A stretch of 32,960 nt of DNA from a virus (lineage: Duplodnaviria; Caudoviricetes): IMG/VR virus record IMGVR_UViG_3300038675_000799, positions 1 through 32,960 of that record. One strand, given 5' to 3'. Below the pieces are notes generated by a model. It was not told the DNA's origin and made no database searches. It saw only the letters and a program-made list of their open reading frames with translations. Numbering within the stretch: the first letter of the stretch is position 1; every line of letters begins with the position of its first letter. Position numbers and translations under genes: made by a program. This document shows, piece by piece, positions 8,883 through 16,843 of the stretch.

Positions 8883-9022
8883 GCCCCTGCCCTCCGGCGG
8901 TGGCGCAGGGCGGCGGCGAGCGGCGCGCCCTGGATGGTGGCGACGGGGCCGGCGTCTTCTCGGTCCCACCAGTTGAGTTCTTCGACGCCGAGCCAGCGGC
9001 GTATTCTTTTGATCAGGCGCAT
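8879..9022 (-). CDS. Hypothetical protein (47 aa, MRLIKRIRR...)
   Basis: AGGAGG RBS just upstream of ATG 9022; alternative in-frame start at 9046. Confidence 0.55.
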   Translation of the reverse strand: MRLIKRIRRWLGVEELNWWDREDAGPVATIQGAPLAAALRHRRRAGA

Positions 9023-9042
9023 GGGTTTCCTCCTGTGGTTGT

Positions 9043-9465
9043 TCATGCTTCGGTTTTTCTGGCTGCGACGAAGGCGGGAATGCCTGCGCGCAGAAAGCGG
9101 AGCCCCCGCTCGCCGTAGCGGCGAACGGGCGCGGGGGCGGTCTTGGCGGCGGCCAGCCGGCGGGCGTGGCGCGTGGAAAAATCGAACAGGTCGGCAAACT
9201 CGTCCGCTCGGAGCGTGGCCTTCACCGGCGGATCGAAGCGCCAGGCGCGGTCCAGCCACGCCCACAGGCTGTTCGCCAAAATGCGGCGGTGCTTGCGCGG
9301 GCTTGACAAATCCTCGTTCACGACGATGGCCTCGACCTTCCCCTCTTGCACCAGGCCCAGGAGCTGGTCTTCCGGAATGCCCGCCACTTCCGCCGCCTTC
9401 GACAGGCGAAGCGCGACGCGGAAATCGTTCGCGAAAGCAAATTCTCCCTGGACGGGCTCGGGCAT
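9043..9465 (-). CDS. DNA-binding protein with two tandem excisionase/MerR-type HTH units
   Basis: LRLSKAAEVAGIPEDQLLGLVQEGKVEA...RRILANSL and LRADEFADLFDFSTRHARRLA...GLRFLRAGIPAF. Confidence 0.7.
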   Translation of the reverse strand: MPEPVQGEFAFANDFRVALRLSKAAEVAGIPEDQLLGLVQEGKVEAIVVNEDLSSPRKHRRILANSLWAWLDRAWRFDPPVKATLRADEFADLFDFSTRHARRLAAAKTAPAPVRRYGERGLRFLRAGIPAFVAARKTEA

Positions 9466-9663
9466 TTAATCCACCAGAATGGGTTGCGGGATTTTAATCT
9501 CGCCGGCCTCGATTTGCGGAAGGACGACGTGTACGCACAACTTGATGAGGGCGCTGCGGTTGTCGATGCCCATGGTACGGACAGCGCGGTTCATTCGGAT
9601 GATTTCAGCCCCACGGAACCGCGTCGGTATGGGCCGAGAAATATCGTCTTTTTCCGTCTTCAT
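9466..9663 (-). CDS. Ribbon-helix-helix (CopG/Arc-like) regulator; first early gene (Ner/Cro position)
   Basis: Beta strand PIPTRF, helix A, then NRSALIKLCV helix B. Confidence 0.8.
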   Translation of the reverse strand: MKTEKDDISRPIPTRFRGAEIIRMNRAVRTMGIDNRSALIKLCVHVVLPQIEAGEIKIPQPILVD

Positions 9664-9670
9664 GCTTCCT

Positions 9671-9699
9671 ACCGTATACCACTGTTATACGGCACGCAA
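9671..9699 (-). promoter_or_regulatory. Leftward early promoter, probably giving a leaderless mRNA
   Basis: Minus strand: TTGCGT (9699-9694), 17 nt, TACGGT (9676-9671), 7 nt, ATG 9663. Confidence 0.6.
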
Positions 9700-9739
9700 G
9701 AAAATTTTCGTGCTTTTTTCAGAGGTTGCGGTATACGTT
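9672..9739. promoter_or_regulatory. Candidate operators of the lysis/lysogeny switch
   Basis: CCGTATA-N7-TATACGG palindrome (9672-9692), GAAAATTTTC palindrome (9700-9709), second GTATAC core at 9731-9736. Confidence 0.55.
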
Positions 9740-9749
9740 ATGGCAGAAC

Positions 9750-10061
9750 ATGAAAGGGGACATTTCCAAACCAATTCCAACGCGGTTCTCTGAGCCGGAG
9801 ATCCGTCGCATGGATTGTGCAGCGAAAAAAAGCGGTCTAGGCACCAGGTCCACTCTGATTAAATTCTGCGTTAAAGTGTTTCTTGACGACCTGGAAGACC
9901 GCGGTGTGCGTGCGCTGCCGAGGGACTGGAAATCAATCGTCGAAACTCTTGACAACCGAACTACAGCGAGCCGCGATGCCGGCAACGTATTCAAGGTGGC
10001 AGACAAAAACGGCCGCTATGTGATTAGACGGAAAACGAAAGCCAAAAAGGAGGAGTCATGA
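9750..10061 (+). CDS. Ribbon-helix-helix regulator with C-terminal extension; candidate repressor
   Basis: MKGDISKPIPTRFSEPEIRRMDCAAKKSGLGTRSTLIKFCVKVFL; paralogue of the divergent gene 9466..9663. Confidence 0.8.
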   Translation: MKGDISKPIPTRFSEPEIRRMDCAAKKSGLGTRSTLIKFCVKVFLDDLEDRGVRALPRDWKSIVETLDNRTTASRDAGNVFKVADKNGRYVIRRKTKAKKEES

Positions 10062-10246
10062 AAAAGGTTCTTATGGTGGCGGTGGCGATGCTGGCAGCGG
10101 GCGCCTATGGCCAGAACATCTATGTGACAAAAAGCCAGGAAAAGACATCGGCAGACCTTCCTATGGCTTACGATGCTGAGTTGACTGAAGTAGTTCGAGA
10201 CGGTGTTCAGCTCATGGGAACATACGGTTCAGGAGACGGTCCATAA
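10058..10246 (+). CDS. Small exported protein (62 aa)
   Basis: AGGAGGAG RBS; signal peptide MKKVLMVAVAMLAAGAYG. Confidence 0.6.
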   Translation: MKKVLMVAVAMLAAGAYGQNIYVTKSQEKTSADLPMAYDAELTEVVRDGVQLMGTYGSGDGP

Positions 10247-10265
10247 AACAACGGAGAAATGAACG

Positions 10266-10601
10266 ATGAGCCAAGACAAAGACGAGATTGCGAGCGGAAA
10301 GCCTAGCGAGGCGCAAGCTGTGGACCGTATCCTGGAACCGATTGTTCAACTTTCCCCGTGCCCGTGCTGCGGAGTCGTCCCGGACAAGGCGAACTTCCGC
10401 TGTGGCGATGTGTGCTACGACTATGCGGAAGGCTACCGCATTTTCTGCACCAACCGCGATTGTCCGACGCGCCCGAACGTGTGCTCGCGGAACCGGCAAG
10501 GCGCCGAATCCGGTCAGCCGGAAGACATCACTCGGCGCTGGAATGCGCTTACAAAGGAAGAAGCCGAATCGGAGCGATATGCACACTTCTTTGCTCTGTG
10601 A
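10266..10601 (+). CDS. Lar (restriction alleviation)-like zinc-ribbon protein
   Basis: LSPCPCCG...YRIFCTNRDC...ITRRWN matches the Lar-family PCPxCG...CxxC...WN pattern. Confidence 0.6.
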   Translation: MSQDKDEIASGKPSEAQAVDRILEPIVQLSPCPCCGVVPDKANFRCGDVCYDYAEGYRIFCTNRDCPTRPNVCSRNRQGAESGQPEDITRRWNALTKEEAESERYAHFFAL

Positions 10602-10853
10602 GTTGAACAATCAAAAACACCGGGTCCACCACATACCGTTGGGTTCGGATTACCTTCACGGCGTCAACGTCATCAGGGGGCTTTATTATGCGCGACTTTT
10701 CATTTGCAGAGCCGAAGGATATCGGACCGGGGCAGGTCGCTTATATTGATAAATGGATGGACACACGCGGAATAATTCCCGGAAAAATTGAATGGGTCAT
10801 TACCGGGCAAATGCCATAATTATCTGTAGCGGGTACAACGAAAGGAGCGGAAA

Positions 10854-11129
10854 ATGAAAAAGGCAGTTGTTTTTCTGGCGGCGGCGATGCTGGCGGCAAG
10901 CGCGTTCGGAGAAATCACGCTGGCACAGTTTAACCGTGTGAAAAACGGCATGAGCTTTTCGCAGGTGAAGTCTATTCTTGGACCTCCTACAGTCGAGTTC
11001 ATGCGCGTGGAATACGGAGACCATTCTGAAGTCGTTTATCAGTGGGAAACCCGCGACGGAACGGGAACGGCTGGTGTAGGCCTGATGAATGACAAGGTGA
11101 CGGCAAAGACGCAGTTCGGTTTGAAGTAA
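10854..11129 (+). CDS. Exported BLIP/BamE-fold protein (DUF3862-like); possible superinfection exclusion
   Basis: Signal peptide ending AFG; ITLAQFNRVKNGMSFSQVKSILG...YQW...KVTAKTQFGLK; AAGGAG RBS. Confidence 0.75.
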   Translation: MKKAVVFLAAAMLAASAFGEITLAQFNRVKNGMSFSQVKSILGPPTVEFMRVEYGDHSEVVYQWETRDGTGTAGVGLMNDKVTAKTQFGLK

Positions 11130-11154
11130 TCTTCCATACCGTGGAAGACGGGCG

Positions 11155-11192
11155 ACGCCCCGAGGGTTAATCCTCGGGGCGTTTGCTTTTCT
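11155..11192 (+). terminator. Rho-independent terminator ending the lysogenic transcript
   Basis: ACGCCCCGAGG-gttaat-CCTCGGGGCGT stem followed by TTGCTTTTCT. Confidence 0.8.
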
Positions 11193-11452
11193 GTGAAATA
11201 GCGTGCCAGCAAGGCGGGCGGGGGCCTGCATGGGGTGAATTATCTGATTCTATGGCGCACGATGTGCGCCATGAAAAGAGGAGGACTCATTCAGCGCGGG
11301 CACGCGCACACCGACATTACCCATGCAACCGCCGGGCGGCCGGCGGGGGCTTCGCATGGAGCAATCCACGCGGGCTCGAAGCACACCGGGCTTTACTTCC
11401 TCCTGGCGGAGTCCGGATGCAGCAGCCGCCGCTATTTACCCACGGAGAGAAC

Positions 11453-11827
11453 ATGAACGAAGCGGTTGTGGTCGGGCTGATCGTGGCGGGGCTGACGGGA
11501 ATCCTCGGGCTTGGGGTGGCGTGGAAGAAGTTTTCGGGGGACCCGGAGCCGCGGCGCATCGAGCCGCAGCCGCTGGTGGTGACGGAGGCTCCGCGCTACA
11601 TGCTGCAGGGCGACTGCGCGAACCGCTGCGACGCGCTGGCCAAGCGGATCGACGACGTCGAGCGGCGCAACAACGAGGACATGCGGCTCATCCGCGAGGA
11701 GCTCTCGAAGCTGGGCCGGGGCACGGAGAACGTGCAGCGCCGGGTCAACGGCATGGCCACCACCGTCTACATGATCGCCGGCAAAATGGGGCTGTTCCCG
11801 CAGATCCCCGAGGAGATGGAAGGATGA
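11453..11827 (+). CDS. Membrane-anchored coiled-coil protein (Mu gp25/DUF2730 position)
   Basis: N-terminal TM helix plus coiled coil; GGAGAG RBS; first late gene. Confidence 0.7.
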   Translation: MNEAVVVGLIVAGLTGILGLGVAWKKFSGDPEPRRIEPQPLVVTEAPRYMLQGDCANRCDALAKRIDDVERRNNEDMRLIREELSKLGRGTENVQRRVNGMATTVYMIAGKMGLFPQIPEEMEG

Positions 11828-12081
11828 ACCGCAAAGAGCAGATCGCGATTTCGATCCTGAAGAACCTGGAGCTGTCGAACGGGCGGATGATGCGGGAGGA
11901 GATCCTCCACCGGATCGTGATGCTGGAGCTGGCGCACCTGCGCGTGTCCACCACGGAGATCCGCGCGGCGCTGGAAACCGCGGAGGCCGCCGGCAAGGTG
12001 GCCAGCGACCGCGACGACTACGGGAACGTTTCGTTCGTGCTGACCTCGGCCGGCAAGGCCGAACTGCTGGCGAGGGGATAG
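11824..12081 (+). CDS. Mu gp26-like winged-helix protein (85 aa)
   Basis: MNRKEQIAISILKNL...VSFVLTSAGK; lies before gp27/gp28 equivalents. Confidence 0.7.
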   Translation: MNRKEQIAISILKNLELSNGRMMREEILHRIVMLELAHLRVSTTEIRAALETAEAAGKVASDRDDYGNVSFVLTSAGKAELLARG

Positions 12082-12085
12082 GACC

Positions 12086-12634
12086 ATGCCGCGCGTGCCC
12101 AGAAAAGACGGAACGGACCGGCGCCCGAGGAGCGACTCGGCGCTGATGAGCCTGCCGGACGACCGGCAGCGCGAGCTGTTCGACTTCTGCGACGGCCTGC
12201 GCAGCGAGGGCCTGCGGACCATCCGCGAGCGCCTGGGCGCCGAGAAGGGCGTGACGGTTTCCCTGGGCACGCTGTCGAACTGGCTCAACTGGTACAGCCT
12301 GCGCGCCAAGGTTCAGGGCGTGGCGGCCATGGCCGACGACCTCGCGCGCATCCTGAAGGAAACCCCCGGCCTGGACCTGGACGACGCCAAGATCATGCGC
12401 ACCGCCCAGGCGTTCTTCGAGGCCCGCGCCATGCAGGAGAACGACGCCGAGACCTACGTCAAGCTCGCCGGCGTCCGCCGCGGCACCGCGGAGATCCAGA
12501 TCAAGCAGCGCCGGCTGTCGCTGGAGGAGAAGAAGCTGCGCCAGGCGGACGAGGCCAAGGCGGTTGTCCAGGACAAGACCCTCACGCCGGAAGAAAAAGA
12601 CCTGCGCTACAAGAGGATTTTCGGGGTCGGCTGA
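12086..12634 (+). CDS. Mu gp27-like protein (terminase small subunit, DUF3486-like)
   Basis: SALMSLP...HTH VSLGTLSNW; C-terminal LTPEEK...IFG; directly precedes TerL. Confidence 0.75.
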   Translation: MPRVPRKDGTDRRPRSDSALMSLPDDRQRELFDFCDGLRSEGLRTIRERLGAEKGVTVSLGTLSNWLNWYSLRAKVQGVAAMADDLARILKETPGLDLDDAKIMRTAQAFFEARAMQENDAETYVKLAGVRRGTAEIQIKQRRLSLEEKKLRQADEAKAVVQDKTLTPEEKDLRYKRIFGVG

Positions 12635-14019
12635 TGCCCATCACCTCTCCAATCGATCTGCTCTATCCCTACCAGCGCCGCTGGTACGACGACCAGTCCC
12701 GCTTCAAGGTGGGCGTGTGGTCGCGCCAGACCGGCAAGGATTTCACCACGGCCGCCGAAGTGGTGGCCGACGCCATGCAGCGCGCGCGGTCCGATTGGAT
12801 GATCGCCGCGCCTTCCGAGCGCCAGGCGCTGGAGAGCCTGGAGAAGTGCAAGGAGTGGGTCGAGGCGTTCGGGCTGGCCATCGTGGACCAGCAGATCGAG
12901 CGCGACGCGCCGGGCGCGCTGATGAAGAGCGGCAGCGTCGTGATTCCCAACGGCACGCGCATCATGGCCGTGCCGGGCCGCCCGGACACGGTGCGCGGCT
13001 TTTCCGTCAACCTGGCCCTGACCGAGTTCGGCTTCTTCGACGATCCGAACGCGACATGGCGGGCGGTGCTGCCGTCCATCACCAACCCGCTGCGCGGCGG
13101 CGCGAAGAAGGTGCGGGCCATTTCGACGGCCAACGGCAAGACCGGCCGAGGGGCTAGGCTTTTCAAGATGGTCGAGGGCGCGCGGAATCCCAAGCCCGGC
13201 GCGAAAATGCAGTGGAGCCTCCACCTCAACACGATCTACGACGCGGTGAAGGATGGCCTGCCCATCGACATCGAGGAACTGCGCGAAGCCCTGGACGACG
13301 ACATCGGCTGGCGCCAGGAATACCTCTGCGAATTTCTCGACGGCTCGAACGTGCTGCTGCCTTACGACCTGATCGCCCTGGCGGAGGATTGGGGCTGCTC
13401 GACCACCATCGACCACGAGTTTTTCACCAACCCCGGCAGCCGGCGGCTCTATTGCGGCGTGGACTTCGGCCGCACCAACGACCCGAGCGTCTGCTGGACC
13501 TTCGAGAAGGTCGGCCCGATCCTCTTCACTCGCGAGGTGCTCGTCCTGGACAACATGGACAGCCCCGCGCAGCAGGAGATCCTGCGCATGCGCATCGCGG
13601 CGGCCGAGCGCACCTGCTTCGACTACACCGGCCCCGGAATCGGCCTGGGCGACTATCTCGCCAAGGAGCACGGCGTCTACAAGCCTGAGCAGCACCAGTT
13701 TGGCCGGATCGAGCTCTGCACGTTCACCGCGAAGTTCAAGCGCGAGCTGTTCCCCACGCTGCGGCAGCGGTTCGTCGCGCCGACGACGGTGCGCGTACCG
13801 GTGGATATCGAGGTCCGCGAGGATCTCCACGCCATGCAGCAGATCGTCACCAACGGCGAATACAGCTACCAGGCGCCCCGCACGAAGGACGGCCACAGCG
13901 ACCGCTGCACGGCCATGGCGCTGGCGGTGCGGGCGGCGGCGGACGAGGCGGCCACCTGCGACTACGAAGAGGCGAGCGACGAGCGGCGCGTGCGGCGCGG
14001 CCGCGGGGCGATGGTTTAG
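12634..14019 (+). CDS. Terminase large subunit (Mu gp28-like)
   Basis: LYPYQRRW, WSRQTGKD, PDTVRG, LTEFGF, ISTANG, WRQEYLCEF, GVDFGRTND and GHSDRCTA. Confidence 0.95.
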   Translation: MPITSPIDLLYPYQRRWYDDQSRFKVGVWSRQTGKDFTTAAEVVADAMQRARSDWMIAAPSERQALESLEKCKEWVEAFGLAIVDQQIERDAPGALMKSGSVVIPNGTRIMAVPGRPDTVRGFSVNLALTEFGFFDDPNATWRAVLPSITNPLRGGAKKVRAISTANGKTGRGARLFKMVEGARNPKPGAKMQWSLHLNTIYDAVKDGLPIDIEELREALDDDIGWRQEYLCEFLDGSNVLLPYDLIALAEDWGCSTTIDHEFFTNPGSRRLYCGVDFGRTNDPSVCWTFEKVGPILFTREVLVLDNMDSPAQQEILRMRIAAAERTCFDYTGPGIGLGDYLAKEHGVYKPEQHQFGRIELCTFTAKFKRELFPTLRQRFVAPTTVRVPVDIEVREDLHAMQQIVTNGEYSYQAPRTKDGHSDRCTAMALAVRAAADEAATCDYEEASDERRVRRGRGAMV

Positions 14020-14028
14020 GAGGAACGG

Positions 14029-15552
14029 ATGAGCTGGATCAACACCATTCTGGGGCGGGCGCGGGACCGGGCGGCGCCGAACGCCGACGCCGCGCGCGCC
14101 GAGCAGGACATCCGCGGGCGCTTCAACCCCGTCCGCCAGCTGGAGCCCGCGAACCTCTCGCGCTGGATCGACGAGTTCGAGGCCGGCAACCTGCGCAGCC
14201 TGGCGCGGCTGCTGGACGCGCTCTCGGAGCGCGACGAGACCTGGAAGGCTTCCCAGCGCAAGACCGTCCGCAGCGTGTCGCGCTGCCCGTGGGACATCCG
14301 CAAGAAGGACGGCCACGAGAAGGACCCCGCCGCCAAGGCCCACTACGACGCGCTCGTGGACGTCTATTCCAACCTGCGCGCCACCTCGCTGCTCAAGAGC
14401 ACGCACGTCGGCGGCGTGGCCCGCCTGGTCCGGCAGATGATGCTGGCCGAGCGCGACTACTATTCGACCCACGAGCTGGTCTGGCGCGTCCAAAACGGCA
14501 AGCTGCGCCTGCGCGCGGTCTACGTTCCTCTCTGGATGTTCGAGGCGCGCACGGGCGCGCTGCGCTTCCTCCCCAACGAGTTTTCCCTGGTGGGCGAGCC
14601 CCTCCTGCCCGGCGAGTGGCTGACGCATTGCGGCGACGGCCTCGGCATCGCCTGCTCGATCTGCGCGGCCTACAAGCGGCTCTCCATGGCCGACTGGCTG
14701 GCGTATGGCGAGCACAACGCCACGCCGGGGCTCCACACCAAGACGCCCGCCAAGATCAACAGCCCCGAATGGCGCAAGGCCGTCGAGGCCACCCGCGCCT
14801 TCGCCAAGGAGTGGGCCATCGTCACGGGCTCCGACGTGGACATCTCCAAGATCGATCTTTCCTCCTCCGGCAGCCTGCCCTACCAGACGTTCATCGAGAT
14901 GATGAACAAGGGCATCACCGCGCTGTGGCGCGGCGGCGACCTCTCGACGGTCTCGGCCAATTCCCAGGGGGCCAGCCTCCAGGGCGAGGAAATGGACATG
15001 CTGGAGCAGGGGGCGGTGGAGGACATCGCCGAGACGCTGCGCACCCAGGTCGACCCGTTCGTCATCGAATACTACTTCGGCCAGGGCGTGGAGCCGCTGG
15101 CGGAGTTCGCCCTCTCGCCCGTCAGCCGGCCGAACGTGGACCAGGAGATCAAGATCAACGAGCACCTGTCCAAGGCCGGCGCCAAGATCCCCATTGCCGA
15201 CGAGCTGTCCCGCTTCGGCCGCCGCGCGGTCGACCCGGACAATCCGGACGACACCCCCATGCAGGCCCCGGCCGAGCCGACTCCGGGAATGGGCGCCCTT
15301 TCCCTGGGCAACGAGGCCCCCGCCGGCGATGGCGAGGATCTCGCCGCCGCCATCGCCCAGGACCTCAAGCCCGTCGCCGCCCGCCTCGACGAGCTTCTCA
15401 AGGCGGAAAACGGCGACCTGAAGGCCGCCGCCGCCCGCCTCCTGGAGGAGCTCCCGGAACTGGCCGAAAAGGCCCTGGCGGACCCCGCCGCCGCAGCCCT
15501 GATCGAAAAAGCCATGCGGCAGGCCGCCGGGCTGGAGGAGGAGGGCCAATGA
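14029..15552 (+). CDS. Portal protein (Mu gp29/DUF935-like)
   Basis: 507 aa directly after TerL; DWLAYGEHNATP and FIEMMNKGITALWRGGDLST pattern. Confidence 0.88.
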   Translation: MSWINTILGRARDRAAPNADAARAEQDIRGRFNPVRQLEPANLSRWIDEFEAGNLRSLARLLDALSERDETWKASQRKTVRSVSRCPWDIRKKDGHEKDPAAKAHYDALVDVYSNLRATSLLKSTHVGGVARLVRQMMLAERDYYSTHELVWRVQNGKLRLRAVYVPLWMFEARTGALRFLPNEFSLVGEPLLPGEWLTHCGDGLGIACSICAAYKRLSMADWLAYGEHNATPGLHTKTPAKINSPEWRKAVEATRAFAKEWAIVTGSDVDISKIDLSSSGSLPYQTFIEMMNKGITALWRGGDLSTVSANSQGASLQGEEMDMLEQGAVEDIAETLRTQVDPFVIEYYFGQGVEPLAEFALSPVSRPNVDQEIKINEHLSKAGAKIPIADELSRFGRRAVDPDNPDDTPMQAPAEPTPGMGALSLGNEAPAGDGEDLAAAIAQDLKPVAARLDELLKAENGDLKAAAARLLEELPELAEKALADPAAAALIEKAMRQAAGLEEEGQ

Positions 15553-15713
15553 GTCGGAAATCCCCAACCGCCGCCTTTGGCCCCAGGATCGTTTCTAAGG
15601 GGGGCTTCTCCGGACCCGATCACACGCGCGTCCGGACCCCCTTCAGCCGTTTTGCAACGGCTTTGCAATGGGTCAAATCGGCATACGAATCGGAAGGGAC
15701 GGAATCGGCATGA
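15549..15713 (+). CDS. Possible 54-aa bridging ORF (MSRKSPTAAF...)
   Basis: GGAGG upstream; ATGA overlaps with both the portal stop and the protease start. Confidence 0.35.
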   Translation: MSRKSPTAAFGPRIVSKGGFSGPDHTRVRTPFSRFATALQWVKSAYESEGTESA

Positions 15714-16813
15714 AATTTTTTGGAAAACGGGCGTGTTTCGCCTCCGTGGCGGTCGCCAACGAGTTCAAACTGGGGGCCATCGCCTCCGACAAAGGCCGGC
15801 TCTACATGCCGTATGGCAAGTACCCCCGCGCGGTCACCATCAAGGGCAAGGGCCGGCGCCAGGTCATCCAGGTCTGGGACCGGGATGCCGCGGAAGCCGT
15901 TTCGACCAAGATCGCCAACGCCGTCGCCGCCGGCGATCCGGGCCTGCCGGTCTACAACGGCCACCCGGACGTGCCCGAGCTGGCCGCCAAGTATCCCGAC
16001 AAGGGCTCGGTGGGCTGGCTGGTCGCCCTGGAGGTCGCCAACGAGGGCGCCACGGCCGTCGTGGAGTGGAACGACGCGCCGCCCAACAAGCGCTTCCGCT
16101 GGTTCTCGCCCTATTGGGACGTGGCGCTCGATTCCGAGACCGACGACGGCACCACCGTCCACGCCTACGTCCACAACATGGATTCCATCGGCCTGACCAA
16201 CACGCCCGCCATCCACGACTTCCGCCTGCCGAACGAAGAGGCCCCCGAGATCGATCTCAAAGAAGAAACCAACCCCGAAAGGAAAAATACCGTGAACAGG
16301 GAACAACTCATCGCGCTGCTGGGCCTGCCCAGCGATGCGGACGATGCCGCCGTCGAAGCGGCCATCAAGGCGCTGGTCAAGCGCGCCGCCGACGCCGAGG
16401 CCTCGCTGGCCAATGCCGAGGCCGACAAGACCGACAAGGAAACCCAGTTGACCGAGGTCACCGCGGCCAAGGCCGACCTCGAAACCAAGCTGGCCAACGA
16501 GCGCGCCGCGCGCGTCGACCTGCTCACGCAGTCCGCCCTGGCGGATGCGCGCATCACCCCCGCGGACCTGCCCCGCTGGAAGAAGCTGCTCACCGAGAAC
16601 TTCGACGCCAACTCCGTCGCCCTGGCGAACGAGCGCCCGAAGCTCAAGACCGAGCAGGTCGCCGACGCCGGCCAGGCCATCTCGGTGGCCAACACCGCCA
16701 GCCGGATCCAGCAGATCACGTCCGCCGTGGAAGCGAAGGTTTCCACAGGCCTCTCCTACGACCGCGCCTACGCGGCGGTGCGCCGGGAGCAGCCGGACCT
16801 GTTCAAGAAGTAA
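15710..16813 (+). CDS. Prohead protease/scaffold (Mu gp32 I/Z-like)
   Basis: YNGHP, GW, VEWN, RWFSPYW and IGLTNTPAI, followed by an Ala-rich coiled coil. Confidence 0.9.
   Translation: MKFFGKRACFASVAVANEFKLGAIASDKGRLYMPYGKYPRAVTIKGKGRRQVIQVWDRDAAEAVSTKIANAVAAGDPGLPVYNGHPDVPELAAKYPDKGSVGWLVALEVANEGATAVVEWNDAPPNKRFRWFSPYWDVALDSETDDGTTVHAYVHNMDSIGLTNTPAIHDFRLPNEEAPEIDLKEETNPERKNTVNREQLIALLGLPSDADDAAVEAAIKALVKRAADAEASLANAEADKTDKETQLTEVTAAKADLETKLANERAARVDLLTQSALADARITPADLPRWKKLLTENFDANSVALANERPKLKTEQVADAGQAISVANTASRIQQITSAVEAKVSTGLSYDRAYAAVRREQPDLFKK
16292..16813 (+). CDS. Nested in-frame scaffold protein (Mu Z-like)
   Basis: GAAAGGAAAAATACC-GTG internal start giving (M)NREQLIALLGLPSDADD; same leader motif as the next gene. 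Confidence 0.65.
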   Translation: MNREQLIALLGLPSDADDAAVEAAIKALVKRAADAEASLANAEADKTDKETQLTEVTAAKADLETKLANERAARVDLLTQSALADARITPADLPRWKKLLTENFDANSVALANERPKLKTEQVADAGQAISVANTASRIQQITSAVEAKVSTGLSYDRAYAAVRREQPDLFKK

Positions 16814-16843
16814 AAACCAAACCCCGAAAGGAAAACAGAACCC

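Noticed and set aside
10288-10749. 153-aa ORF overlapping the Lar-like gene
   Set aside because: Overlaps a better-supported frame, lacks an RBS and has no recognisable motifs.
12607-15567. 986-aa minus-strand ORF
   Set aside because: Antisense shadow of TerL and portal in GC-rich DNA; no motifs.
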